A stretch of 52,915 bases of DNA, taken from positions 1 through 52,915 of the forward strand of contig JAEKKE010000156.1 of NCBI GenBank assembly GCA_019510535.1, written 5' to 3'. Origin of the DNA: Acidobacteriota bacterium. GTDB lineage: Bacteria; Acidobacteriota; Terriglobia; Terriglobales; Acidobacteriaceae. Each line of letters begins with the position of its first letter. Within the stretch, counting starts at the first letter, position 1. The notes beneath the pieces were generated by a model that saw only the letters and a list, made by a program, of their open reading frames with translations, was not told where the DNA came from and ran no database searches. Shown here piece after piece: positions 19,037-27,911 of this stretch. The translations under genes and the position numbers were made by a program.

Positions 19037-19542
19037 TGGTTGAACCCTGGCTCCGCAGCAGCCGCAATGAAATCGAACCCATTCGCCGAGCGGTACTGCA
19101 CGCCCTTGATCTTGCAGAGGAAGATCTCTATCGGTGGTCGAAGGACCTCTCTCGGGAAGAGTTGCACGCGCGGCCGCACAACTTGCCTTCGGTCGCGTTT
19201 CAGCTTCGTCATATCGCGAGGTCTCTCGATCGCCTGTTGACCTACGCGGAAGGTGGTTCGCTGACCGAAATGCAACTGGTCCTGCTTCGCTCTGAAGCCG
19301 ATGCGCAGGGAACTCCCGAAGAGGTTCTCGCGGAGCTCGGTGGCGCGCTCGCCACATCTCGTGACCGCATTCTCGCGATGACTTCAGGCTTTGGAGAACT
19401 TCGCCATGTCGGACGCGACAGACTTCCTGTCACCCTCGGTGGCCTGCTGGTCCACGTCGCCGATCACACGCAACGTCACGTCGGTCAGGCTATTACCACC
19501 TCGAAGGTCGTCGCTGCGCTTCGGCTAGGGAAAACGCTCTAG
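19036..19542 (+). CDS. DinB-family protein
   Basis: His pattern FQLRHI ... HVADHTQRHVGQ; coupled by TGATG (alternative start at 19030). Confidence 0.85.
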   Translation: MVEPWLRSSRNEIEPIRRAVLHALDLAEEDLYRWSKDLSREELHARPHNLPSVAFQLRHIARSLDRLLTYAEGGSLTEMQLVLLRSEADAQGTPEEVLAELGGALATSRDRILAMTSGFGELRHVGRDRLPVTLGGLLVHVADHTQRHVGQAITTSKVVAALRLGKTL

Positions 19543-21017
19543 AACTTATAGACCAGGTCCACGGTGAACAACAGCTGGCTTCTCTTTGTGCCGTTGTCGT
19601 AGCCCCGGCGGTCCCATGAGTGGTCGAAGCGCAGATCGGAGCGCAACATGACCGTAGAGCCGAAGTTCTTCGTGACGTAGATAGTGTTGGCCGTATAGCG
19701 GCCGGGAACTCCTGTGCGCTGCCCCTTCTTATCGTTCATAAATCCGTTCCGCGTGCCAACGTAGAGCTTCGAGTTCACAACGCGATTCAGATAGTTCAAC
19801 ATCGCATACTCGGGCGCGAAGCAGCTAGCCTCTCCTGCAGCGCAGAAGGCCCCATTAGCCCCGGTTTCAACCGGAAGAACAGGATGAGCACCGTTGGCGA
19901 CGTTCGGGACATCGCGCTCGTACATGACCCACCCCTCGGTCGCCGTGTTCCATTTCGAATTGAAGCGGTGGTTCCAGACAGCATCGAAGTGCTGCACGTT
20001 GTTATAGGCATAGTGCCCGCCGTTGATGCCGCTGGCACAGGCGTCGATATTGTCGTGATTCGATCTGGTCGAGTAGTTGAGGCAGGCCAGCGCTGAGGGC
20101 GTGCGGTCCACGGTCCATGGAGCAACGTCATGCCCTGCCGAGATGCCCGCCTGTATCATCCACTTCTTCGTGAGCTTCAGCGTCGCAACAGCCCCGGTCT
20201 CGGTGGAAGGAGCCATAGCGAAGATGAGTGAGTGCGTGTGGGTGAAGTTGCCTGGCGACATCTGCGTTTCAATTCCGGGCAGGGCGAGGAAGCGGCCGGC
20301 GCGGACGATCAACCCCTCTTTGAAAGGGAAGTAGAGGTCGAGCGATTCCCATACAGGATCAAAGCCGTACTGACGGTTGTGGTCCAGTAGTTGCCCGCTC
20401 CAGTATCCTTTGGCCGCCATGTAGCGGTAGTCCGCGCCAAACAGGCCCGAGAGATGGAAGCCCCAGTCAAAATGCTTCGTCTGCATCGTGTCAGGCTGAC
20501 GTTCGAGCACAACTACCGCCTGGTTCAAGATCATGCGATTGGGCAACGAGCTGTAGGCCAGCGGATAGTTGGTCTGGGACGAAGTGCTCGCGTTGCCTGA
20601 TGCCTCTACCCACCCATAGAGGTGAGTCTTTGCGCCCTCGCGCCGCAGTGCGCCCATTATGGGATAGACATTGCTGTCCGGCGTTCCGATGGTGGGAGAG
20701 CCGCCATAGCCCCAGTCCGAGCTGGGAAATGGAGGCGAATCCATAGGAGCGTCAAGTGCGCGACGCGGCGCCGGTTCCGTGCTGGGAGCCGCATTCCAAT
20801 CGTTGAGGTAGAAGTGGGCCAACCGGCGAAGAATGCCTCCGGCAGGCTTCTGGACAACAGCAGCAGGGCCTTCGGTATCCGCGTTCAGTCCCGGCTCAAA
20901 CCGAGCCTTCAACGTATCCGCATTGCTACGGCCAGATGACTCCTGCGTGAACAGAGCACCCGGCGCGCACACAAACATAAGGCATAGCCCTGCAGCGTGG
21001 AGGGCATGTCGATTCAA
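19539..21017 (-). CDS. Outer-membrane beta-barrel protein (BBP2/porin-like)
   Basis: Signal peptide, aromatic-rich beta strands, C-terminal DLVYKF. Confidence 0.75.
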   Translation of the reverse strand: MNRHALHAAGLCLMFVCAPGALFTQESSGRSNADTLKARFEPGLNADTEGPAAVVQKPAGGILRRLAHFYLNDWNAAPSTEPAPRRALDAPMDSPPFPSSDWGYGGSPTIGTPDSNVYPIMGALRREGAKTHLYGWVEASGNASTSSQTNYPLAYSSLPNRMILNQAVVVLERQPDTMQTKHFDWGFHLSGLFGADYRYMAAKGYWSGQLLDHNRQYGFDPVWESLDLYFPFKEGLIVRAGRFLALPGIETQMSPGNFTHTHSLIFAMAPSTETGAVATLKLTKKWMIQAGISAGHDVAPWTVDRTPSALACLNYSTRSNHDNIDACASGINGGHYAYNNVQHFDAVWNHRFNSKWNTATEGWVMYERDVPNVANGAHPVLPVETGANGAFCAAGEASCFAPEYAMLNYLNRVVNSKLYVGTRNGFMNDKKGQRTGVPGRYTANTIYVTKNFGSTVMLRSDLRFDHSWDRRGYDNGTKRSQLLFTVDLVYKF

Positions 21018-21169
21018 AATCTACTTCTCCCGTGGTTCCGCGCACGAAACAGACTCCTGCCTCGGAGTCCAAAACGATGTGCGTCTACCGGAACCACGGA
21101 AGTCTAGCATCTGAAGACAAAGTTGGTCATGGAAGGCAGACAGAGCAGCCGAAGATAGCGGAACAACCC

Positions 21170-21814
21170 CTAGATGCTCGGAAGCAAGTGCCCCATCTTC
21201 TCGCGCTTTACCTGAAGGTATTTTTCGAAGGTCGCCTCGGGTTCCACTTCGGCCGAGATGCGTTCAATGACGGTGATTCCGCCAGCTTCCAGCGCAGCTA
21301 CTTTTTCCGGATTGTTGGTGATCAGCTTCACGGAGGTGATGCCAAGCAGCTTAAGGGCCTCGGCCGGCAACTCAAAGTCGCGGCAATCCGCTTTGAAGCC
21401 CAGCTCCTCGTTTGCCTCGACCGTGTCCAGCCCCTGATCCTGCAGAGCATAGGCCCGCAACTTGGCCATCAGGCCGATGCCGCGGCCTTCCTGCTGTTCA
21501 TAGATCAGGATGCCTGCTCCGGCCTCGATGATCATACTCATCGCCAGCTCCAGTTGGAGACGGCAATCGCAGCGAAGGGAATGAAAGACGTCTCCGGTCA
21601 GGCACTGCGAGTGCACCCGCACGAGGGGAGGGGCAGAGAAGACATCGCCATGGACCAGCGCAACCACACCCTCAATCCGTTTCGCAGGCGCGGGCAAAGC
21701 TTCGTTGCACGGCTCTGGATTGGCGACTACGCCCTCAAAACCGTGAATCCGAAACTGGCCCCAACGGGTGGGCAGATCGGCTTCAGCTACTTTACTAACT
21801 CGTTCAAAGGGCAT
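21170..21814 (-). CDS. ribA: GTP cyclohydrolase II
   Basis: VRVHSQCLTGD, RCDC, QEGRGIGL, ITNNPEK, KMGH. Confidence 0.97.
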   Translation of the reverse strand: MPFERVSKVAEADLPTRWGQFRIHGFEGVVANPEPCNEALPAPAKRIEGVVALVHGDVFSAPPLVRVHSQCLTGDVFHSLRCDCRLQLELAMSMIIEAGAGILIYEQQEGRGIGLMAKLRAYALQDQGLDTVEANEELGFKADCRDFELPAEALKLLGITSVKLITNNPEKVAALEAGGITVIERISAEVEPEATFEKYLQVKREKMGHLLPSI

Positions 21815-21821
21815 TGTGTTG

Positions 21822-21827
21822 ATTATA
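21822..21827 (-). promoter_or_regulatory. Consensus -10 box (TATAAT) 7 nt upstream of the ribA ATG
   Basis: Minus strand reads TATAATcaacacaATG; no SD. Confidence 0.65.
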
Positions 21828-21916
21828 GTTCCGTTAACTTAGATGAATATGGTGTGGCTTTGGCTTCGGAGGAGTTGTCACCATCTCGTAAAAGACAGCT
21901 AAAGTAAGAATGGCCT

Positions 21917-23254
21917 ATGCATCCCACCGACCCCAAGCTGATCCTCATTACGCTCCTGGTAAAGCTGGGTGTCGCGGCGGCGGTCTCCAGTTCACTCTCA
22001 CGGTCAAGCCTCTTCAAGGATCTGTTGCTGTCGCACCATCGCACGCGGCGGCAAACCCTGGTCCTGCTGGCGCTTATCTGCACACCATTGATGCTGGGTG
22101 TCTGGCTGCGGAGCATTGTCCCAAACTTCCTAGCCGCCGATATCAGCTTCGAAGCCGTGATTCTGCTGGGGCTCGTTTTGGGTGCGGGACCTGCGATGCT
22201 GGGCGGTATCTTCCTGGCTCTTCCGGCCTTGCTCCACCATGAGTACCTGGCGCTGCCGGTGAACATGCTGGTCGGCAGCTTTGCCGGTGGATTTCGCTCG
22301 TTTACCAGCCTGGAAGACGTCTGGTCGTTCACACCCCTTATCGACCTCAGCCTCTACCGCTGGGTCCGCCGAAATCTCCGCCGACCCCATTTGGACCGGC
22401 AACTGCTTTTGCTGCTCCTGATTGCAGTTCTCGAGCTGGGCGCAAGTGGTTTAGCAACAATATTTCCCAAGCGATTCTTCTCCCTTCACTCGAATAAATG
22501 GCTTGTAGAGCTAGCTCTTTGCGCCTGTTCGCCCGTAGTCGTAGGAATTCCGCTGAAGATCTGGAATGCGGTCCGCATCGAGCGAAAGCTGGAAGAGCAG
22601 ACCCGTCTGCTGCTGGAGGCCCGCCTGGACGCTTTGCAGCGGCAGATCAACCCGCACTTTCTTTTCAATACTTTGAACTCCATCGCCTCGCTGGTCCGAT
22701 TCAAGCCTGAGCTGGCGCGGGAGATGGTGGTCAAGCTGGCAAATATTCTGAGGGTTCTTCTGAAGGACCGAGAAGCGTTCGTCCCATTCTCAGAGGAGCT
22801 GGCGTTTACTGACAATTACCTTCGAATCGAGGTCGTCCGGTTTGGCGAGAAGCTGCATTTCGTAAAGGAGATCAGCCCGGAGACGGAGCCTCTGGTCGTA
22901 CCCAGCATGATCTTGCAGCCGCTGATTGAGAACAGCATCAAGCACGGCCTGGAACCTCGGATTACTGGAGGCACGGTCACGCTCCGCAGCAAGCTGGATG
23001 GCGAGCACCTCCTGATCGAGGTGGAAGATGACGGCATCGGGATGGCTCCGGAGAACGACGCGCCGTCGCCGGTGAGCGGCTTGGTACGTCCAGGGACAGG
23101 TATCGGAATGAGGAATGTCCGAGAACGTCTGGAGGTGCTGTATGGCGATTCGGCCTCCATGGAGACCAACAGCCGTCCCGGCAGGGGGACCAGAGTGACT
23201 CTCAGAATGCCAGCCATGCATGCCCATGAGGCGGCGGCATTGTCGGAGACCTAG
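21917..23254 (+). CDS. LytS/YehU-family membrane histidine kinase
   Basis: Multi-TM N-terminus, QINPHFLFNTLN, LQPLIENSIKHG, GIGMRNV. Confidence 0.92.
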   Translation: MHPTDPKLILITLLVKLGVAAAVSSSLSRSSLFKDLLLSHHRTRRQTLVLLALICTPLMLGVWLRSIVPNFLAADISFEAVILLGLVLGAGPAMLGGIFLALPALLHHEYLALPVNMLVGSFAGGFRSFTSLEDVWSFTPLIDLSLYRWVRRNLRRPHLDRQLLLLLLIAVLELGASGLATIFPKRFFSLHSNKWLVELALCACSPVVVGIPLKIWNAVRIERKLEEQTRLLLEARLDALQRQINPHFLFNTLNSIASLVRFKPELAREMVVKLANILRVLLKDREAFVPFSEELAFTDNYLRIEVVRFGEKLHFVKEISPETEPLVVPSMILQPLIENSIKHGLEPRITGGTVTLRSKLDGEHLLIEVEDDGIGMAPENDAPSPVSGLVRPGTGIGMRNVRERLEVLYGDSASMETNSRPGRGTRVTLRMPAMHAHEAAALSET

Positions 23255-23478
23255 CCGTATCTGCTCCACACTCTCTATGTCCGATAACACATATTCTGTA
23301 GAGTTGATGGCCGGCGCTCTGCGTCCTTGTATTTATTTCGCCTTCTTGTCCGGATCGCCTTTCTTTTCTGCGGCTTACAAAGGACTGCAATAACGCTGTG
23401 CTAGGATGCGAAAAATACGGTTCTTCTCACCTTCCTCTTCCAGCATTAGCCTAAAGGACCTTGCAGCACTCGCACCCT

Positions 23479-24891
23479 ATGAATTTGCGCCGAATCTTCA
23501 AGACGCTCTTCACGAACTTTCTAGGTCAAGGTGTCACGATCATCTCGCAGCTCATCGTGCCGCCGTTGTTTCTCCGGTCCTATTCCAACGGCATCATGGT
23601 CTACGGCGAATGGATTGCGCTTAGCGCCGCCGTCAGCTACCTCGGTACCCTCAACTACGGTATCCAGAACTACTCCAACAACCAGATGTCGATCCTGTAC
23701 AACAGCGGCGACATTGAGGGCGCCAAGAATGTCCAGGGCGCGGCGCTGCGGCTGCTGGTTGGGTTCTTTACGCTTTTTGCCATCGCCGGCCTGATCGTCT
23801 TTGTTCTGCCGATCTCGTCGTATCTGAACCTGAAGGTCGAAAGCCCGTTCCAGAACTCTCTAGCGCTATACCTGCTGATCTTGCAGATCGCCCTGAACAT
23901 GCTGTTCAGCCTGATGACTAACAGCTACATGGTCGTAGGCCAACTGCACCGCGGAAACTACTGGGCCAGTGCACAGCGACTGTTCTCCATCGTATGTATT
24001 GCAGTGACCGTGAAGATGCACGGTTCGTTCCCAGCCGTCGCCGGGGCGCAGTTGGGGGCCTTCTTTACCTTCCTGATCCTGGTGATGATCGATATGCGTC
24101 GGAATGCGCCGATCCTTCTGCCGTCACTGCGGTACGGCAGCATGGAGCATGTCCGGGCGATCATCAAACCCAGCGGCCACTTTCTGCTGATCGCCCTGGC
24201 GGGCTTTCTTACATGGCAGGGTCCCATCATCATCATCCAGCGCATGCTTGGCCCGGCGGCCGTGGCCACCTTCGCCCTGGTGCGCGTGGTCTTCCAGATG
24301 GCTCGGCAGATCCTCTCGATTGCCAGCTCCACCATCTCTCAGGACATCACCATGCTCTTCGGCAAGCGCGACTGGAATGCCCTCCATAAGCTTTACGACC
24401 TTTCGGAGCGCGTCGTCCTCTTCCTGACGCCAATCGTGACTATCGGAAGTTTCCTGATGTGCCCGTTCCTCTTTACGGTCTGGCTGCACAAACGGAACCT
24501 GTACGACCCTAAGTATCTCGTCATGTTGGGTGTGTCCCTCCCGATCATGAAGATGTACAGCCTTACGGGCTTCATCCTCTGCTGGCTGATTTGGGAGATT
24601 ATCCAGACCTATGCTGTCGTTCGCTTCAACGAAGACATCTTCCCACCCGAATACAAGGTCAGCCTGCAGCCGATTACCCGGCTTGCCATCTTTATGGGCG
24701 TCGCGTTCGCCCTGTCGTTCTACCCATCCAAGCTCGAGGTCAACTGGTCGCTCTCGGCGGTTGTAGGTTTCTCCTGCGCCACGGTTCTGCTGTTTGGGGC
24801 TGCTGCATACGCCTACTTCGGAATTGGTGAATTGAAAGAGATCCTGCAGCAACGGATCAGAAACCGGTTTCTCAAGACTCGCTCCGCCTGA
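23479..24891 (+). CDS. Wzx-like polysaccharide flippase (MOP superfamily)
   Basis: Many TM segments, YGEWIALSA near the N-terminus, LGPAAVATFAL; adjacent to a glycosyltransferase. Confidence 0.75.
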   Translation: MNLRRIFKTLFTNFLGQGVTIISQLIVPPLFLRSYSNGIMVYGEWIALSAAVSYLGTLNYGIQNYSNNQMSILYNSGDIEGAKNVQGAALRLLVGFFTLFAIAGLIVFVLPISSYLNLKVESPFQNSLALYLLILQIALNMLFSLMTNSYMVVGQLHRGNYWASAQRLFSIVCIAVTVKMHGSFPAVAGAQLGAFFTFLILVMIDMRRNAPILLPSLRYGSMEHVRAIIKPSGHFLLIALAGFLTWQGPIIIIQRMLGPAAVATFALVRVVFQMARQILSIASSTISQDITMLFGKRDWNALHKLYDLSERVVLFLTPIVTIGSFLMCPFLFTVWLHKRNLYDPKYLVMLGVSLPIMKMYSLTGFILCWLIWEIIQTYAVVRFNEDIFPPEYKVSLQPITRLAIFMGVAFALSFYPSKLEVNWSLSAVVGFSCATVLLFGAAAYAYFGIGELKEILQQRIRNRFLKTRSA

Positions 24892-24901
24892 AAGAAAAAC
24901 G

Positions 24902-26044
24902 ATGATGTTGACGCGACTATTTCTTGGGAGCAGCCGCCTGTGCGCACGGATGGGGTGGTGGACCATAGCGGTGGCGAGCCTGGTCTACGCCGGTCCCCTT
25001 CCGTCGCTTGCTGCCTTCGACCGCGGCAGACTCTCCTATGCCCTTCTGCTCTCCAGGAAGAGCGGCACATCCCAGACGCTCTTTGAACGGCTACTGAAGC
25101 GTGACTTCGGCAAAGACGCAGCGATCGATATCGAGATCGCCGAAATGGCCATGCGGCTTGGCAACCCCTCTTTGGGGAGGGATCTGTTGCAAAAGGTCGC
25201 CCAACGTGACCAGGGGCACGCCGCCGTAGTCGCTGAGACAATGCACCGGTACCTTACCCAGATCCTTGATGGGACGGTTTCCGATACCCTTCACCGGCAG
25301 ATCGAGGCGCTCGCGCTCGGATCCGGCAGCCGCGTAACGATTATCACGCTCAGCGGTCACTATCTGGAGATGTTCGAGCTCTGGAAGGAACAGGCGCTGA
25401 AATACGTCGACCAGCGTTTTCTGGTGATTGCTCTCGACAGCGAAGCAGTCGAGATAGCTTCGCGTTTGGAATGTTGCCGCGTTCTGGACATCTCCTCCTA
25501 CTTCCTCTTCGATGCCAACGGTAAGATCAATCCTCACAGTCGGCATCTGCTCTGGGTGCTGCGCTCGCTGATCCTGAAGACGCTGCTCGAACGCAGGCAT
25601 ACCGTCTACTCGATGGATATCGATGCGGTTGCGGTTGCTGATCTCGACACAATGCTTGCCACCCTGCCACAGGCCGATATCATTGCCCAGGAAGACTTTT
25701 CCATACCCATGGATGTGGCCCGCAAGCAGGGGTTCATCCTTTGCTGTGGCTTCATGGTCTTCCACCCCACAACAGCCACCCTGGCGTTTATGAAGCGCTT
25801 CGCCGATCAGGTGATTCTGGAACTTGATGACCAACTCGCGCTCAACCATCAGATCGCAGAGGCAGGCATCAGGGATATGGAAACACAGCCGACCCATCGC
25901 CGCTTCTCAGTGGATGGGGCGGTCATCGTCTGTCCGGACAAACAACGAGTCTCCCGGGATGTCTCCTACGGAACGGTGGTGCGCCACTTCCAGCAGCGGA
26001 ATGAGAGCATTGCGGAGCTTCGGCAGAAGCTGGGAATTGGGTAG
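24902..26044 (+). CDS. Putative nucleotide-diphospho-sugar transferase (GT-A fold, GT77/Nucleotid_trans-like)
   Basis: FLVIALD, LKTLLERRHTVYSMDIDAV (DxD), CCGFM, DDQLALN. Confidence 0.7.
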   Translation: MMLTRLFLGSSRLCARMGWWTIAVASLVYAGPLPSLAAFDRGRLSYALLLSRKSGTSQTLFERLLKRDFGKDAAIDIEIAEMAMRLGNPSLGRDLLQKVAQRDQGHAAVVAETMHRYLTQILDGTVSDTLHRQIEALALGSGSRVTIITLSGHYLEMFELWKEQALKYVDQRFLVIALDSEAVEIASRLECCRVLDISSYFLFDANGKINPHSRHLLWVLRSLILKTLLERRHTVYSMDIDAVAVADLDTMLATLPQADIIAQEDFSIPMDVARKQGFILCCGFMVFHPTTATLAFMKRFADQVILELDDQLALNHQIAEAGIRDMETQPTHRRFSVDGAVIVCPDKQRVSRDVSYGTVVRHFQQRNESIAELRQKLGIG

Positions 26045-26045
26045 T

Positions 26046-26267
26046 TTAGGAGGCGCCGCCGCCGACGAAGTGGACGATTTCGACCTTGTCATTGGTCTTC
26101 AGGAAAGTCTCTTCCCAGCTGCGGCGCGAGACGATCTCTTCATTGAGCTCAACCGCGACGCGATCGCCCTTGAGGCCTGACGCGCTGACTAAATCCCCAA
26201 CGGACGCGCCTTCGTTCAGATCCGGAAACTCTTTGCTCTTTCCATTGAGCGTAATCAGCAACGGCAT
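26046..26267 (-). CDS. thiS: Sulfur carrier protein ThiS
   Basis: ITLNG, VAVELNEEIV, EIVHFVGGG followed by a 2-aa extension (AS). Confidence 0.92.
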   Translation of the reverse strand: MPLLITLNGKSKEFPDLNEGASVGDLVSASGLKGDRVAVELNEEIVSRRSWEETFLKTNDKVEIVHFVGGGAS

Positions 26268-26292
26268 ATCTCTAGTTCTACCCTAATTGCGG

Positions 26293-27090
26293 CTATGGCT
26301 TCTGGGTAAGCGGCCACAGTAGGTTCAGCGGCCCCTTCCCGTGTCCGACCGCCGTGGCCCGCAGCATTCCCTGCCTGACGTATTCCTTAGCCGCTCCGGC
26401 AGCTTCCACTGGCAGCTTCCCCTCCACCAGGCCACACAGGAAGGCGCTCGAGAAGGCGCAGCCGGTGCCGTGAGTTGCGAGCGTAGCGATATGCTCACCG
26501 GCAAGCCAATGCCCCGCCGTGTCGTCGGGCAGCAGGACGTAGTCGTCCGGAGTTTTCAGATGGCCTCCGGTGGCAATGACGCCGACTCCGTACTGTTGCC
26601 CAAACGCAAGTGCGGCATTCTCAATCTCCCGGGGCGTAGCGACCGGAATGCCGGTTAGAAATGACAGCTCGTCGACATTCGGCGTTACCCAGTCGACGTG
26701 CTGCAGAACGCGTCGGAACGCGGCCATGGCCTCCGGGCTCAGTAAAGCTTTGCCCGAGCTGGATCGAAGGACCGTATCCAGGACTACCGGGCAGGCTAGC
26801 CGCTGAAGATACTCTGCGACGACCTCCACGACCGCCTCTGAGCCCAACATACCAATCTTGACGCCGGCGGGCGGCAGATCCTCATCAAGAACGTGCAGCG
26901 TCTCCGCCAGAACCGCCTGTTCTACCGGGTGAACGGACGCGACTCCGGTCGTGGACTGGACGGTCAACGCGGTGATGGCGCTTGTTCCAAAGAAGCCATG
27001 GGCGGCAAAGACGGCAAGGTCTGCTGTGATGCCCGCTCCAGATGAGGGGTCGTATCCGGCGATCGTAAGAAGGTTTTTCGAGAATTTCAG
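26293..27090 (-). CDS. thiD: Hydroxymethylpyrimidine/phosphomethylpyrimidine kinase
   Basis: Frame extends upstream of the listed ORF through LTIAGYDPSSGAGITADL; KIGML, TPN, HGTGC, GHGKGP; probable CTG start at 27090 after GGAGAAG. Confidence 0.92.
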   Translation of the reverse strand: MKFSKNLLTIAGYDPSSGAGITADLAVFAAHGFFGTSAITALTVQSTTGVASVHPVEQAVLAETLHVLDEDLPPAGVKIGMLGSEAVVEVVAEYLQRLACPVVLDTVLRSSSGKALLSPEAMAAFRRVLQHVDWVTPNVDELSFLTGIPVATPREIENAALAFGQQYGVGVIATGGHLKTPDDYVLLPDDTAGHWLAGEHIATLATHGTGCAFSSAFLCGLVEGKLPVEAAGAAKEYVRQGMLRATAVGHGKGPLNLLWPLTQKP

Positions 27091-27349
27091 GGTCGCTTCT
27101 CCGCGATAAAAAGGCGAAAAAATCTGTGGAAAGATCCTTCCTGGCCAACTGAGGTTGGTACGGAAAGCATCCCTCTTTCAGTAGGCAATGTAGCACTGGG
27201 CCCCAGAATGACCGCAAAAGCTCCTGTGACCTCCGTTTTTCTATATCACGGCAAGGCCTAAGGAACAAGTCGATAAATGAAGGTAAGTCTCTGGGTTTGT
27301 TTGACTTAGCGTTTCAGGAAACTAGAAAATAACAGTGGAGCAAGAACGT

Positions 27350-27901
27350 ATGCAAGAAAAATTTTCTTCCCGGCTGCTGAACCGTATTCCACGCTTGCTG
27401 ACAGGAGTTGTGGCCTTCGGTTTGGGTGTTTCAGCAACAGCTACATCAGCCGCTCCGGCGGACGTTCCAGCGGATCCCCCTCGCGATCTCAACAAGGCGC
27501 CGAACGACGGCAAGATCCGTAAGGCGACTTCCAAGAAACCCTGGTACCAGACTGGCATAGCGTCCTGGTATGGTTCCGAGTTCCAGGGAAAGCCAACTGC
27601 CAACGGCGAGAGCTTCGACATGCACGGCCTGACCTGTGCCCACCGTACGCTTCCTTTGGGAAGCTGGGCGCGCATTACGAACCTCAAGACGAAGAAGTCC
27701 ATATTTGTTCGCGTGAACGACCGTGGCCCGCTGCTGGAAGATCGGATCGTCGACCTCTCCTACGCCGCTGCCCGCAAACTCGGGATCGCCGGCCTTGGCA
27801 AGGTTCGCATTGACCCGGTAAACGGCAGCAATCCGGACCAGGTTCGTGCTCTGGTGGCCCAGACAGCGTCAGTACAGCCGCTGTTGTTCGCCTCCCGCTA
27901 A
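27350..27901 (+). CDS. rlpA: RlpA-family septal ring lytic transglycosylase
   Basis: GIASWYG, TANGE, AHRTLPLG, VRVNDRGP, IVDLSYAAA. Confidence 0.92.
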   Translation: MQEKFSSRLLNRIPRLLTGVVAFGLGVSATATSAAPADVPADPPRDLNKAPNDGKIRKATSKKPWYQTGIASWYGSEFQGKPTANGESFDMHGLTCAHRTLPLGSWARITNLKTKKSIFVRVNDRGPLLEDRIVDLSYAAARKLGIAGLGKVRIDPVNGSNPDQVRALVAQTASVQPLLFASR

Positions 27902-27911
27902 AATCGAGAGC

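Noticed and set aside
21815-21916. FMN riboswitch upstream of ribA
   Set aside because: The region is short, lacks FMN consensus, and has a -10 box directly before the ATG
27091-27349. Possible TPP riboswitch (thiD) or c-di-AMP riboswitch (rlpA) in the divergent intergenic region
   Set aside because: Core motifs (CUGAGA...ACCUG for TPP; GCUGAA...CAGCUAA for ydaO) not found by eye; an Rfam scan would settle it
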